From a virus (taxonomy: Duplodnaviria > Caudoviricetes): DNA of 27,100 nucleotides. Numbering within the stretch: position 1 is the first letter of the stretch; every line of letters begins with the position of its first letter. Below are positions 1-8,047 of the stretch, in pieces. The stretch covers positions 1 through 27,100 of IMG/VR virus record IMGVR_UViG_3300032365_000086; one strand, given 5' to 3'. The translations under genes and the position numbers were made by a program. The notes beneath the pieces are model-generated. The model did no database searches. It was given only the letters and a program-made list of their open reading frames with translations, and was not told the origin of the DNA.

Positions 1-807
1 ATGGAGACAATAGTTCTATTCCTCACGGACCTGCACATCGGGTCGAGGTGGGGACTCTGGCATCCAGATTACGAACTCAGAAGCAAGGATCACGTTACGC
101 ACATCCCCGCAATGAATAACGTGCAAATCGCGCTCTGGGACTATTGGGTGGATTTCTGTAAAAAGCTCGACAAAATCAAACCTGACATAATCTTCCTGCT
201 CGGGGACATAATCAACGGCGGAACGAGTCACAGAAACGAATCCGTCATAGAGGATTTGAACGAACAATGCGACTGTGCTCTTACGCTCCTTCGTATGATT
301 CCCAGAAAAGCCCGCACATCGGTTCTCAGCCTCATAGGGTCCACCAGTTATGGTCAACTATACTTGGAATTGAACCAGAAGATTTGCTCAGACCTCGGCG
401 GGCAATTCTATGGAACAACTGGGATCTTTGTATTTGCCGGCCACAGTTTCAGAATCTACCACGGCTCAACAACAGCTTACATCTACCTTGAGCTCGTGAT
501 GGGCAGACGTCGCACATTCGCCCAAGAAGCAATTGCAAGAAAGAAGCTTCCGGAAATTGAAGGAATAATCTGCGGCCACTCACACCGCTGGCTCCATATG
601 CGAACCATGTGGCGAGATGGGAAAGATTTCAACGTGGTCCTGTGCCCCGGTTGGGAAGGCCAAACAGATTTCATGATAATGAAAGACCCGGACAAGATGA
701 TTCCGGAAATCGGCGCGGTCATAGGCCGCTTTGCAAAGGACTCAGTTGACTTCCACTGCATTAGATATCATACCCCTCTTGGAATCTCACAACCTGTGAG
801 GGCCTAA
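1..807 (+). CDS. Calcineurin-like metallophosphoesterase
   Basis: Motifs TDLHIG, LLGDIING, IYHG and CGHSH occur in canonical order. The GNH motif position reads GSTSY. Confidence 0.85.
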   Translation: METIVLFLTDLHIGSRWGLWHPDYELRSKDHVTHIPAMNNVQIALWDYWVDFCKKLDKIKPDIIFLLGDIINGGTSHRNESVIEDLNEQCDCALTLLRMIPRKARTSVLSLIGSTSYGQLYLELNQKICSDLGGQFYGTTGIFVFAGHSFRIYHGSTTAYIYLELVMGRRRTFAQEAIARKKLPEIEGIICGHSHRWLHMRTMWRDGKDFNVVLCPGWEGQTDFMIMKDPDKMIPEIGAVIGRFAKDSVDFHCIRYHTPLGISQPVRA

Positions 808-808
808 C

Positions 809-1087
809 TTGCCAGAACTGGTGCCCATCCACTTGAGCGCGGAGGATGTGAGACGAGCACTGCTGGAAGAGGCTAGGAAATACCCTCAACGACGGCCTTG
901 GGAAGCATGGGAGGACGAAGTCCTTCGTGAGTTTCACGGTAAGGTACCGTACCATATTCTCGCTCAAAAGCTCGGGCGCACGATGAGCATGGTGTCCCAC
1001 CGGCTCGAAATTCTTGGCCTAACAAAACGAAAGGCTCCAGAACCCTCTGGTAACGTTATCAAAAACAGAGCCAGAAACGGAAACTGA
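809..1087 (+). CDS. Small helix-turn-helix (Myb/homeodomain-like) DNA-binding protein
   Basis: RPWEAWEDEVLRE...ILAQKLGRTMSMVSHRLEILGL matches the common phage WxxxEDxxL...AxxLGRT...LGL pattern. TTG start lies 1 nt after the upstream stop. Confidence 0.7.
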   Translation: MPELVPIHLSAEDVRRALLEEARKYPQRRPWEAWEDEVLREFHGKVPYHILAQKLGRTMSMVSHRLEILGLTKRKAPEPSGNVIKNRARNGN

Positions 1088-1145
1088 GTTCGACGTTCTA
1101 CGGTGCTCGAACGAATCTGCGAAGGTAACAGCTTGGACTTTACAG

Positions 1146-1934
1146 TTGCACGCATTCACGTACCTTGGAGGAAAGACGCAGCTAATCCCGAAACTGCTGC
1201 CACTCATCCCAGATCATGAAACTTATTGTGAACCTTTTGGTGGGGCAGGCAATCTTCTTCTCTCGAAGCCGCCGAGCCGCGTGGAAGTTTGGAACGACTT
1301 GGACGGCGAGCTCGCCAACCTGATGCGGGTTATCAAGACACGCCCAAAACTGCTGATTCGGACGGCACGCGCGATTCCCTACAGCCGCGCTTGGTATGAA
1401 CGATTACAGCGAGAAATCAAGGACGCAGGGCTAAAAGGTAGCCAGGTGCAACGAGCTGCGAAATTCTGGTTCCTTCTCAGAGCCAGCTTCTTCGGCCACC
1501 CCGAAAAGGGTTGGCGTTTCGCCCTTCACACTACTGAGGCCATGCGCCTCGAGAACGGCCTTCCACTCATCCTGGCAGTTGCGGATAGGCTCCGGGCAGT
1601 CTACATTGACTGCTTAGATTTTCGCCGGTGCATCAAGAACTGGGACGGGCCTCAGACATTCCTCTTCCTCGACCCGCCCTATTATGGCGCCACAAAGTAC
1701 CGGTCTCTGGGTCCCCAATTCACAAACCAAGACCACGAAGACTTGGCGGCACTACTGCCACACGTTGAAGCCAAGTGGCTTCTAACCTTGAACGACCATC
1801 CCCGGATCCGTGAGCTCTACCGTGGTTACCGGATAACTAGGGTAGACACGCAGATGGCCACGTGGAAAGGCCCCGTAGGTTCGAAGCGGCCGCGGTTGCG
1901 CCAGTTGATCATTCGCAATTATCGAGTGAGGTGA
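1146..1934 (+). CDS. Orphan DNA N6-adenine methyltransferase, Dam/D12 class
   Basis: YLGGK, EPFGGAG (SAM binding), WND and catalytic DPPY motifs. No adjacent endonuclease. Confidence 0.93.
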   Translation: MHAFTYLGGKTQLIPKLLPLIPDHETYCEPFGGAGNLLLSKPPSRVEVWNDLDGELANLMRVIKTRPKLLIRTARAIPYSRAWYERLQREIKDAGLKGSQVQRAAKFWFLLRASFFGHPEKGWRFALHTTEAMRLENGLPLILAVADRLRAVYIDCLDFRRCIKNWDGPQTFLFLDPPYYGATKYRSLGPQFTNQDHEDLAALLPHVEAKWLLTLNDHPRIRELYRGYRITRVDTQMATWKGPVGSKRPRLRQLIIRNYRVR

Positions 1935-1940
1935 TTTAGT

Positions 1941-2177
1941 ATGGCAGAAAACCCTCCGGCCCCACAACCAGCAGCCCCGACAGCTCAAATGTCAGCAGTA
2001 GTTGGGACCCCCAAAGACATCCAGGGCATTATCGCCCTCGGAGTCGTTGGCGGCGCTTTCGCGATTGCGGGCATAGCTATCGCGACTGGCACGGCTGCCG
2101 CCTCCGTCCTAGCTAGTGTCCTACCATTGGCCTCAGTGGTCGTGGGCTATTACTTCGGAATGAAGAGTCAACAGTAG
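1941..2177 (+). CDS. Small two-TM membrane protein, holin-like
   Basis: 78 aa, two hydrophobic segments, C-terminal VVGYYFG motif common in phage holin-like proteins. Upstream GAGGTGA ribosome-binding site. Confidence 0.6.
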   Translation: MAENPPAPQPAAPTAQMSAVVGTPKDIQGIIALGVVGGAFAIAGIAIATGTAAASVLASVLPLASVVVGYYFGMKSQQ

Positions 2178-2180
2178 ACT

Positions 2181-2202
2181 TCTACAATTATGGAATTGTA
2201 GA
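2181..2202. promoter_or_regulatory. Perfect AT-rich inverted repeat (operator- or hairpin-like)
   Basis: TCTACAATT-atgg-AATTGTAGA, intergenic, immediately before the next ribosome-binding site. Confidence 0.5.
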
Positions 2203-2217
2203 TAGGTGGTGAATTGT

Positions 2218-2646
2218 TTGGCAAGTGAAAATAATGTCGTAGCGAAGCTTGCGGGCGTGAAGGAACGGTTCATGGCCGAGTTCCAAGGCCACGCAGCCCG
2301 GTTCCGCATGAACGTGCAGGAATCGCGAGAGAAATTCTTGAACGAAATCATCGAGCTCACCATGACGGACCCGAACATTGCCGCGGTACAGAAAGCCCTT
2401 GACTTCTTCAAGCCATCCAAAGAGGCGGTCGTTGTGGTTCCAGCATCTGGGCCAGCGACTCTGGTCGCAGCGCCCGTAGAAGTTGAGTCAGCAGTAGCTG
2501 TAACTCTCGCACCACCTGAGAAGGAGGGACTGAAAGCTCGAAAACGTCCCGCTGTTCCCAGCAGCTGCCCGAACTGCAGGACACCAATCTTGGAAGCCTC
2601 CGCGAACTTCTGCAGTCGCTGCGCCTACCCTCTCATAGAGGCGTAG
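2218..2646 (+). CDS. Protein with C-terminal zinc ribbon
   Basis: CPNC-x11-CSRC at the C-terminus. TTG 2218 is preferred over GTG 2206 because GGTGGTGA precedes it. Confidence 0.7.
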   Translation: MASENNVVAKLAGVKERFMAEFQGHAARFRMNVQESREKFLNEIIELTMTDPNIAAVQKALDFFKPSKEAVVVVPASGPATLVAAPVEVESAVAVTLAPPEKEGLKARKRPAVPSSCPNCRTPILEASANFCSRCAYPLIEA

Positions 2647-2652
2647 GACTCC

Positions 2653-3513
2653 ATGAGGAACTACATCTCTGAATTTCTAGGAGAGGTCAACCGGAAAATG
2701 AGTTTCATCAGAAAGACAGTCGTCGTTCACATCTTCGGTGCAACGAAGGGCGCCGTCGCCGACGTCATGGACGCCCACTTGGAAACTCTCAGCATGATCT
2801 TCCTCACAACCTGCTGGGCCATAGGCTACGGTTGGTTCGAGGCAGTGATCGGCATCGGGTTCCTGCTTGGGATCCCAGGCGCAGTGACAGGGCACGTTCA
2901 GTGGTACTCTTTCCTGGGAGGCCTCTATAGTTCCTACCACCTCTTTTTGGGGTTCACAATTTTCTGCATCACGTTCGGAATCGGATTTCTGAAGTTCAAC
3001 CGCATGCTCTACTACCGCAAACGGTACCTGCTCTTCACATCCCTGGCCAGCTACCCATGGGCTTTGACAATCCAAGACTTTTCGTATTTCTTCTTCGCCC
3101 CGGTATTCAACGCCGGCAACTATTCTCTCAACAGTCACGCGTGGACGTGTGGCGGCCTCAACCTCGGCTGCGTCACCCTGGCGAATCCCTGGAAGCCAGA
3201 GATCCCGTTCATCATCCCGCGTTGGTACGGCGTCACGTTACTCATCGCGTGTGTTCTGTTCTTCCTGGCGTACCGGTCTGCCCTGGTGAATCTTCTCGTA
3301 ACCCGCCAGGTGATGAAGGAAGCCGGTTATCTCGAGAAGGTCCGCGTAAGCGACCCATCAGTGTCCCATCAAAGAAGGCCGCAGGAGGAAACTCCTGCGG
3401 TGAGACCTTCACCTCAACCTGAGGTAAAGCACGCGGTAACCCGAATCGTCGACCAGGACCATGAGCTCCTGGTTCGTAGGTTGCGTGAAAGACTTGAACG
3501 ACAAGGAACGTAG
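2653..3513 (+). CDS. Polytopic membrane protein, unknown function
   Basis: About 4-5 hydrophobic segments and a charged C-terminal tail; tight operon packing. Confidence 0.7.
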   Translation: MRNYISEFLGEVNRKMSFIRKTVVVHIFGATKGAVADVMDAHLETLSMIFLTTCWAIGYGWFEAVIGIGFLLGIPGAVTGHVQWYSFLGGLYSSYHLFLGFTIFCITFGIGFLKFNRMLYYRKRYLLFTSLASYPWALTIQDFSYFFFAPVFNAGNYSLNSHAWTCGGLNLGCVTLANPWKPEIPFIIPRWYGVTLLIACVLFFLAYRSALVNLLVTRQVMKEAGYLEKVRVSDPSVSHQRRPQEETPAVRPSPQPEVKHAVTRIVDQDHELLVRRLRERLERQGT

Positions 3514-3520
3514 AGACCCA

Positions 3521-3817
3521 ATGAGCAGGTCATCGTTAAGCGTGGAGAAGCGCTGGTTGGGCAGCGTCCTCGTCAGCATGATTGCTTCCACATTCATCGT
3601 CGGAATAGTGGTCACGCAGGTCCTGCAAGGCTTCACACCCATGGACTCGCTGCGCTACCTCGTTATTCTAGTCTGCGCCGCGCTGATCCTCGCCTTAAGC
3701 ATCATCGCCTTCGTAGACTACTTCGCCGTGGACTTCAGCGTCAACGTGCGCCGGCAAGTCTCAATTTCCAAGAAAGAAATGATGGCGCGGAAAAATGCTG
3801 GTAGGCGAAGGCCATGA
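3521..3817 (+). CDS. Two-TM membrane protein with basic C-terminus
   Basis: ATG 3521 is just after the upstream stop. Two hydrophobic helices. ATGA overlap with the next gene. Confidence 0.65.
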   Translation: MSRSSLSVEKRWLGSVLVSMIASTFIVGIVVTQVLQGFTPMDSLRYLVILVCAALILALSIIAFVDYFAVDFSVNVRRQVSISKKEMMARKNAGRRRP

Positions 3818-4047
3818 GCAAGTCCCCACCCATGACTGGCGTCCCTCTCGTAGTCTGCAGTCTCTGCGATGCCGTGGTCGACGCTGGACACGCAAGGCAA
3901 CGCGTGGTCAAGACCCCGACGGGCGACAAGACGATTTGGGTTTGCAAGAGCTGCCTGCATCTCGGTTCTGAAGAAGCGACGAAGAAGTACATCATGAAGG
4001 AAGAGAAAACGGCGGACACAACCCGTTATGGTCCTTGCTGGTTCTGA
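3814..4047 (+). CDS. Small Zn-finger protein
   Basis: CSLC...CKSC; coupled start overlap with the upstream gene. Confidence 0.65.
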   Translation: MSKSPPMTGVPLVVCSLCDAVVDAGHARQRVVKTPTGDKTIWVCKSCLHLGSEEATKKYIMKEEKTADTTRYGPCWF

Positions 4048-4535
4048 AGGAAGAAGAATTGGTTGGCACTCACCTCGACACTGGCCTAGCGAAAGCGCAG
4101 GAAACCATCCAGATCATTGAAGCCTTGCGACGCGGCGACCGCGTAACCCTGATCTGGCATGATGCTTGCCGAGTCACAAACGACCCTGAGGTTCGGCCAG
4201 AATACTATTCCACGCCGAAGGAGACGCAGGGAACCGTGTACGACTGCGTCCCAGATCCCGATTACCCCGACGTGTTCTATCTGATTATATCCGGCGAGAC
4301 GACCGGCGGCAAACCGGACTATTACGACTCCATCCCCATCGCATGGATAGCTAGAATCGAAAAACTCGAGGTCACACCCACGAAACACGGCAAGAAGGTG
4401 CCGAAGCTGGTCACCGAAGAGTACGTGGTCAACCGGGTGCTGAAATTCTCGGAATTACCCCAGGATGCGAAGGGCGGCAAGACGCCCAGGAAATATGTTG
4501 AGGAAATCGTGAAAGTCGTCAACGACAACGAGTGA
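4035..4535 (+). CDS. Conserved-looking viral hypothetical protein
   Basis: VTLIWHDA...TQG...SIPIAWIARIEKL resembles a common phage VxWxD...G...IP motif. Exact start uncertain. Confidence 0.6.
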   Translation: MLVLKEEELVGTHLDTGLAKAQETIQIIEALRRGDRVTLIWHDACRVTNDPEVRPEYYSTPKETQGTVYDCVPDPDYPDVFYLIISGETTGGKPDYYDSIPIAWIARIEKLEVTPTKHGKKVPKLVTEEYVVNRVLKFSELPQDAKGGKTPRKYVEEIVKVVNDNE

Positions 4536-4541
4536 CTATCC

Positions 4542-4799
4542 TTGCCTGGAAAAGTACGAAGGAAAGCCGAATCTCTCAAGCACAAACTCGAAGCCATAAT
4601 TCTCCGAATCCCCATCACACCGACCACGGTTACCGCTGCGCTGCTTCTCACCCAGCAAATCATCGAACTCGCACGCGTGTGTAAGGTGCCCCTTCAAGTT
4701 GAGAAGGTGGCAACCCTCGACATTGCGCCAGTGGCACCGGCTCACGTTGAGGCGGTGACTGCTGAAATCAAAGTCCCAATGGTGGAGGAACAGAAATGA
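4542..4799 (+). CDS. Hypothetical protein
   Basis: Fills the operon gap; ATGA overlap with the next gene. Confidence 0.5.
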   Translation: MPGKVRRKAESLKHKLEAIILRIPITPTTVTAALLLTQQIIELARVCKVPLQVEKVATLDIAPVAPAHVEAVTAEIKVPMVEEQK

Positions 4800-5299
4800 A
4801 AGGAAGAACGTTAGCTTCAATCGTAGCCGTAGTAGTGATTCTCGCAACAGGCCTCGCCGTTGCTGAGGTTTCCTTGCGGCAAACCCCGAGCCCAAAGATG
4901 GCGACGGTGCAGTTCTTCTCGAATAACACGGACGGCTACGCCTGCTTCCTCAACTACGTGTACACGCTCACAGGTGCCCCGGTCTGCCTCTCCGACAACC
5001 CAGCCTTAGATCTGCCTGATAATGCAACCGTGCCGCTTGGCAGTTATGGAATTGTGTTCTTCCCGTTCGGCACCGCTTCCAACAAGTCCCTGTGGCTTGG
5101 AACGAACAATATTCAAGTTACCGGCTTTGGCCCGTATGATGTCTCGAGCTCTTGCGCGAACATCACCGTAAGAGGGGACGGCGCCATAGCCGTCTTCGTA
5201 CTCCCCGACAACACGACGCCGATCCCAGAGTTCCCCCTCACCGGGGCCATGATGTTCTCAGTCATCGCAGCTTCCACCTTTCTTCTACGGCGCCGCTGA
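4796..5299 (+). CDS. Cell-surface glycoprotein with PEF-CTERM sorting signal
   Basis: N-terminal signal peptide. C-terminal PIPEFP + TM helix + RRRR. Five N-x-S/T sequons (NNT, NAT, NKS, NIT, NTT). Confidence 0.85.
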   Translation: MKGRTLASIVAVVVILATGLAVAEVSLRQTPSPKMATVQFFSNNTDGYACFLNYVYTLTGAPVCLSDNPALDLPDNATVPLGSYGIVFFPFGTASNKSLWLGTNNIQVTGFGPYDVSSSCANITVRGDGAIAVFVLPDNTTPIPEFPLTGAMMFSVIAASTFLLRRR

Positions 5300-5664
5300 T
5301 GAAGAAATCCCAAGTCCTAATCATTCTGGCAGCCATCCTTCTAAGCCTCAATCTGGCAGACGTCGTATCCACGTGGATTGCGATCAGCACCGGGAGAGGA
5401 ATTGAGGCTAACCCGTTCATCATCCTGCTGGCCGGGCCATTCTCTCCGATCGCGTTGTTCCTGAAACTGGCCGTCGTCCCGGGCGCCATCCTGGGCGTCG
5501 CCTGGTGGATAGCACGCCGGTCGAAGGATCCCAGGCTTGCTATGGCAACGATCATTGCGCCGGTTGCGATGTATGCGGCCGTGGTGGCCAACAACGTCAT
5601 GATAGCAGCTAAGAAAGTTGAGAAGACGGCACGCAAAGCGGTGAAGAATGCCAAACAAGGTTGA
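5299..5664 (+). CDS. DUF5658-like membrane protein
   Basis: LNLADVVSTW...GIEANP...LFLKL pattern. TGATG overlap places the start at 5299, not 5152. Confidence 0.75.
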   Translation: MKKSQVLIILAAILLSLNLADVVSTWIAISTGRGIEANPFIILLAGPFSPIALFLKLAVVPGAILGVAWWIARRSKDPRLAMATIIAPVAMYAAVVANNVMIAAKKVEKTARKAVKNAKQG

Positions 5665-6229
5665 GGTGAGCACATCCAAGGCTAGGGTGAGCACACCTAA
5701 GGGTAACCCGATGTTTCGGGCCCGTCTTCCTCTCAGCTTGCATATTGAAATCGCCAAATATTGTGCGCATACCTCGACTCCGCGGAGTCAATTGATCTAC
5801 CGTGCCTTGACAGCATATCTTCGTTCTGAGGTTGAACAGTTGGGTGGCTTGAAAGCGCTTCTGCAGGAGGCCCAAGGCCAATTCCTCCAACTCGAACATG
5901 TACTGGTCCATGAAGCCGTGACTAAGATTGAACTGCAGGAACAGAAGGATGCGGAAATCGCGTTACCCGTCCAAACTGAGCGTGAGAAATTATACCAAGG
6001 AACAATCGACCTCCTCGGCACGGTCACGAAGATCGCTGGAAGCAACGAATTAGCGGAAAAATCGCAGGCTAAACTTGACGCCATCCTGGTGGCTGCCGTC
6101 CTCACCCGGAACGCGGATATGATCCTGCGAAGTTACGAACGAGGCGTAGCTGAATCCTACCTACGGCAGGTGCGTGAGGGCCTTGAGCGACTTGAACAAG
6201 CGGCTCGCGCAAGCCACAAAGAAAATTGA
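5648..6229 (+). CDS. Candidate terminase small subunit with N-terminal ribbon-helix-helix-like domain
   Basis: Directly upstream of and overlapping TerL. FRARLPLSLHIEIAKYC...RSQLIYRALTAYL is RHH-like; the rest looks helical. Confidence 0.5.
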   Translation: MPNKVEVSTSKARVSTPKGNPMFRARLPLSLHIEIAKYCAHTSTPRSQLIYRALTAYLRSEVEQLGGLKALLQEAQGQFLQLEHVLVHEAVTKIELQEQKDAEIALPVQTEREKLYQGTIDLLGTVTKIAGSNELAEKSQAKLDAILVAAVLTRNADMILRSYERGVAESYLRQVREGLERLEQAARASHKEN

Positions 6230-7644
6230 CCAAAGCCTAACCGATGACGCTGGCGAAGGTCCAGGGCCTTTTCACCGATTAAAGGAAATTGCCCGGAAGG
6301 GCCCGGTAGTGTTCTGCAAGGAAGCTCTCGGGTTCGAACCCACGAAGTACCAGGCCAAGTTCCTTGAGGACGAGTCGCAGTTCATTGCGCAACTATGGTC
6401 TCGGCAGTCCGGGAAAGATCATTCTGCTTCTAGCAAGCTGTTCTGGTTCGCGATCGACCATGATGGGGTGCAGCTGGCGGTTGTGGGGCCCAGTTTTCGG
6501 CAAAGCAAGCTGGTAATTCGCAAGATCAACGCGTTCATTCAACAGAAACTTCCCAAGAACATCCCCTATCGGGAAATCCTAGTCGGACGGAAACCGCTGA
6601 AGACGAAGGTCTCTCTGGTCAACGGCTCAATCATCGAAGCCTATCCCTGTAACCCTGACACCATACGTGGGCCAACACTGAACGGCATCCTTGCCACCGA
6701 GTTCAACTTCGTCCGTGATGATGTCGACCTGTACGACGCTATTCTTTTCACACTTGGAACCACAAACGGCTTCTTCATCGCTAACTCGACGCCCTGGTCC
6801 CGCGACCACATCTTCTACAAAATCTGCCACGACCCCGAGTTCGACGACTACAGCCGGCACCATGTCACCTGGGAACAAGCCCTAGAACCGAACGGACCTC
6901 TGAAGAAAGGGATCCTTGCGAAGATACGGAAACAATTCGCCAACGACTCCTGGAGATGGCGCAGAGAAATGGAGGCAGAGTGGAGCGAAGACGACGATTG
7001 TTGGCTCCCAACCTCCCTGATCGTGAACTGCCAGGACCCTGAATTGGAGATTAAGGAATTTGGCGGCGAACTCCGCGGCTTCTGGGCGGCCGACCTCAGC
7101 GCAGACCTCCCGCGGTGATTACTGGGTCGGGGTCGACCTCGGGAAGAAAGTGGACTACAGCGTCCTAGCCGTCATCAGGAAGGACGGCGATATTTTCCGT
7201 CTGGTTGGCCTGAAAGTCTTCCCACTTGGAACAGCCTAATACGGCGAGACAGGTGTCATTGGCTTCCTGAAGAATCTCAGCCAGAAGCTGCCAACAATCC
7301 ATAAGATTCTGATGGATCAGACCGGCGTTGGGGAGAGCGTCGTAGAAGAAGCAAAGAAATCCGTACCACATGTCGAAGGTGTGATGCTCTCTGCTCCCGC
7401 CAAGCAGGATATCATGAACTTCCTCAAGATGATGATGCAACAGAAACGGCTGCTAATCCCATACCAACTGGAACTGGCCAACGAACTGAACATTGAACGA
7501 TTCCAACTCACAAAGACGGGGCAGATTCAGTACAGCCACCCTGATGGGACCCATGACGACCGCACTTGGGCCGTCGGCTTGGCCGTCTACTCGACCAAAG
7601 GGCCGCAGGTCCCTGGTTTCAAACCGATTACGCGATCGTTCTAA
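6174..7644 (+). pseudogene. terL: Terminase large subunit, interrupted by a frameshift near 7079-7116 and an in-frame TAA at 7237-7239
   Basis: ATPase domain: EPTKYQ, WSRQSGKD, GPSFRQS, TIRG, STPW. The nuclease domain continues in the +1 frame as RGDYWVGVDLGKKVDYS...FPLGTA*YGE...MDQTGVG...HDDRTWA. Confidence 0.9.
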
Positions 7645-7660
7645 GCGCCTTCTCGAGAGA

Positions 7661-7807
7661 TTGGGAAATGAGTTCGAAGCTTCGGTGTTCTTCTCGGTGT
7701 CCCCGTTCATGGAACTGCGTGGCGAGAAGTTAGTCGTCACAGATTGGTTCTTCCTGGCTTGGACATTCGCGATGTTGCCCTTCTCACTGTTGCTATCGTT
7801 ACGGTGA
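7661..7807 (+). CDS. Possible small single-TM protein
   Basis: TTG start after the TerL stop, hydrophobic C-terminus, fills the gap. Confidence 0.3.
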   Translation: MGNEFEASVFFSVSPFMELRGEKLVVTDWFFLAWTFAMLPFSLLLSLR

Positions 7808-7813
7808 ACCAGA

Positions 7814-8047
7814 TTGTCGGTGAAGAGTGTTCTCCTTCAACTGCTGAAGTTCGGCGTCAGCGGAATCCTTGGCGTTGCAATCAGCACCATACTCTACTAC
7901 GGCTTGAAGGGCCGGCTGCCAGACCTGTTCTGGACGGTGCTTCTTTACCGGTTCAACGCTGTGGACTTGGGATTCTACGAGCTCACTGCAATGATCGGTG
8001 GCAGCGTCCATTTCATGTTGAGTAAGCTGTGGGTGTTTGAGAAGTGA
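7814..8047 (+). CDS. GtrA-like small membrane protein (half-size)
   Basis: QLLKFGVSGILG...ILYYGL and HFMLSKLWVF match the GtrA repeat signature. Confidence 0.7.
   Translation: MSVKSVLLQLLKFGVSGILGVAISTILYYGLKGRLPDLFWTVLLYRFNAVDLGFYELTAMIGGSVHFMLSKLWVFEK

Noticed and set aside
1088-1112. GTTCGA-N13-TCGAAC inverted repeat before the methyltransferase
   Set aside because: Six-bp arms are expected by chance, and there is no other support.
7071-7120. Archaeal bulge-helix-bulge intron explaining the TerL frameshift
   Set aside because: CGCG/CGCG could form the central helix and a 37-nt excision would be in frame, but the flanking exon and intron helices do not pair. It also would not remove the TAA at 7237.
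7237-7239. Genome-wide stop-codon reassignment
   Set aside because: TAA, TAG and TGA all terminate clear genes here (capsid TAA, gp10-like TAG, portal TGA).
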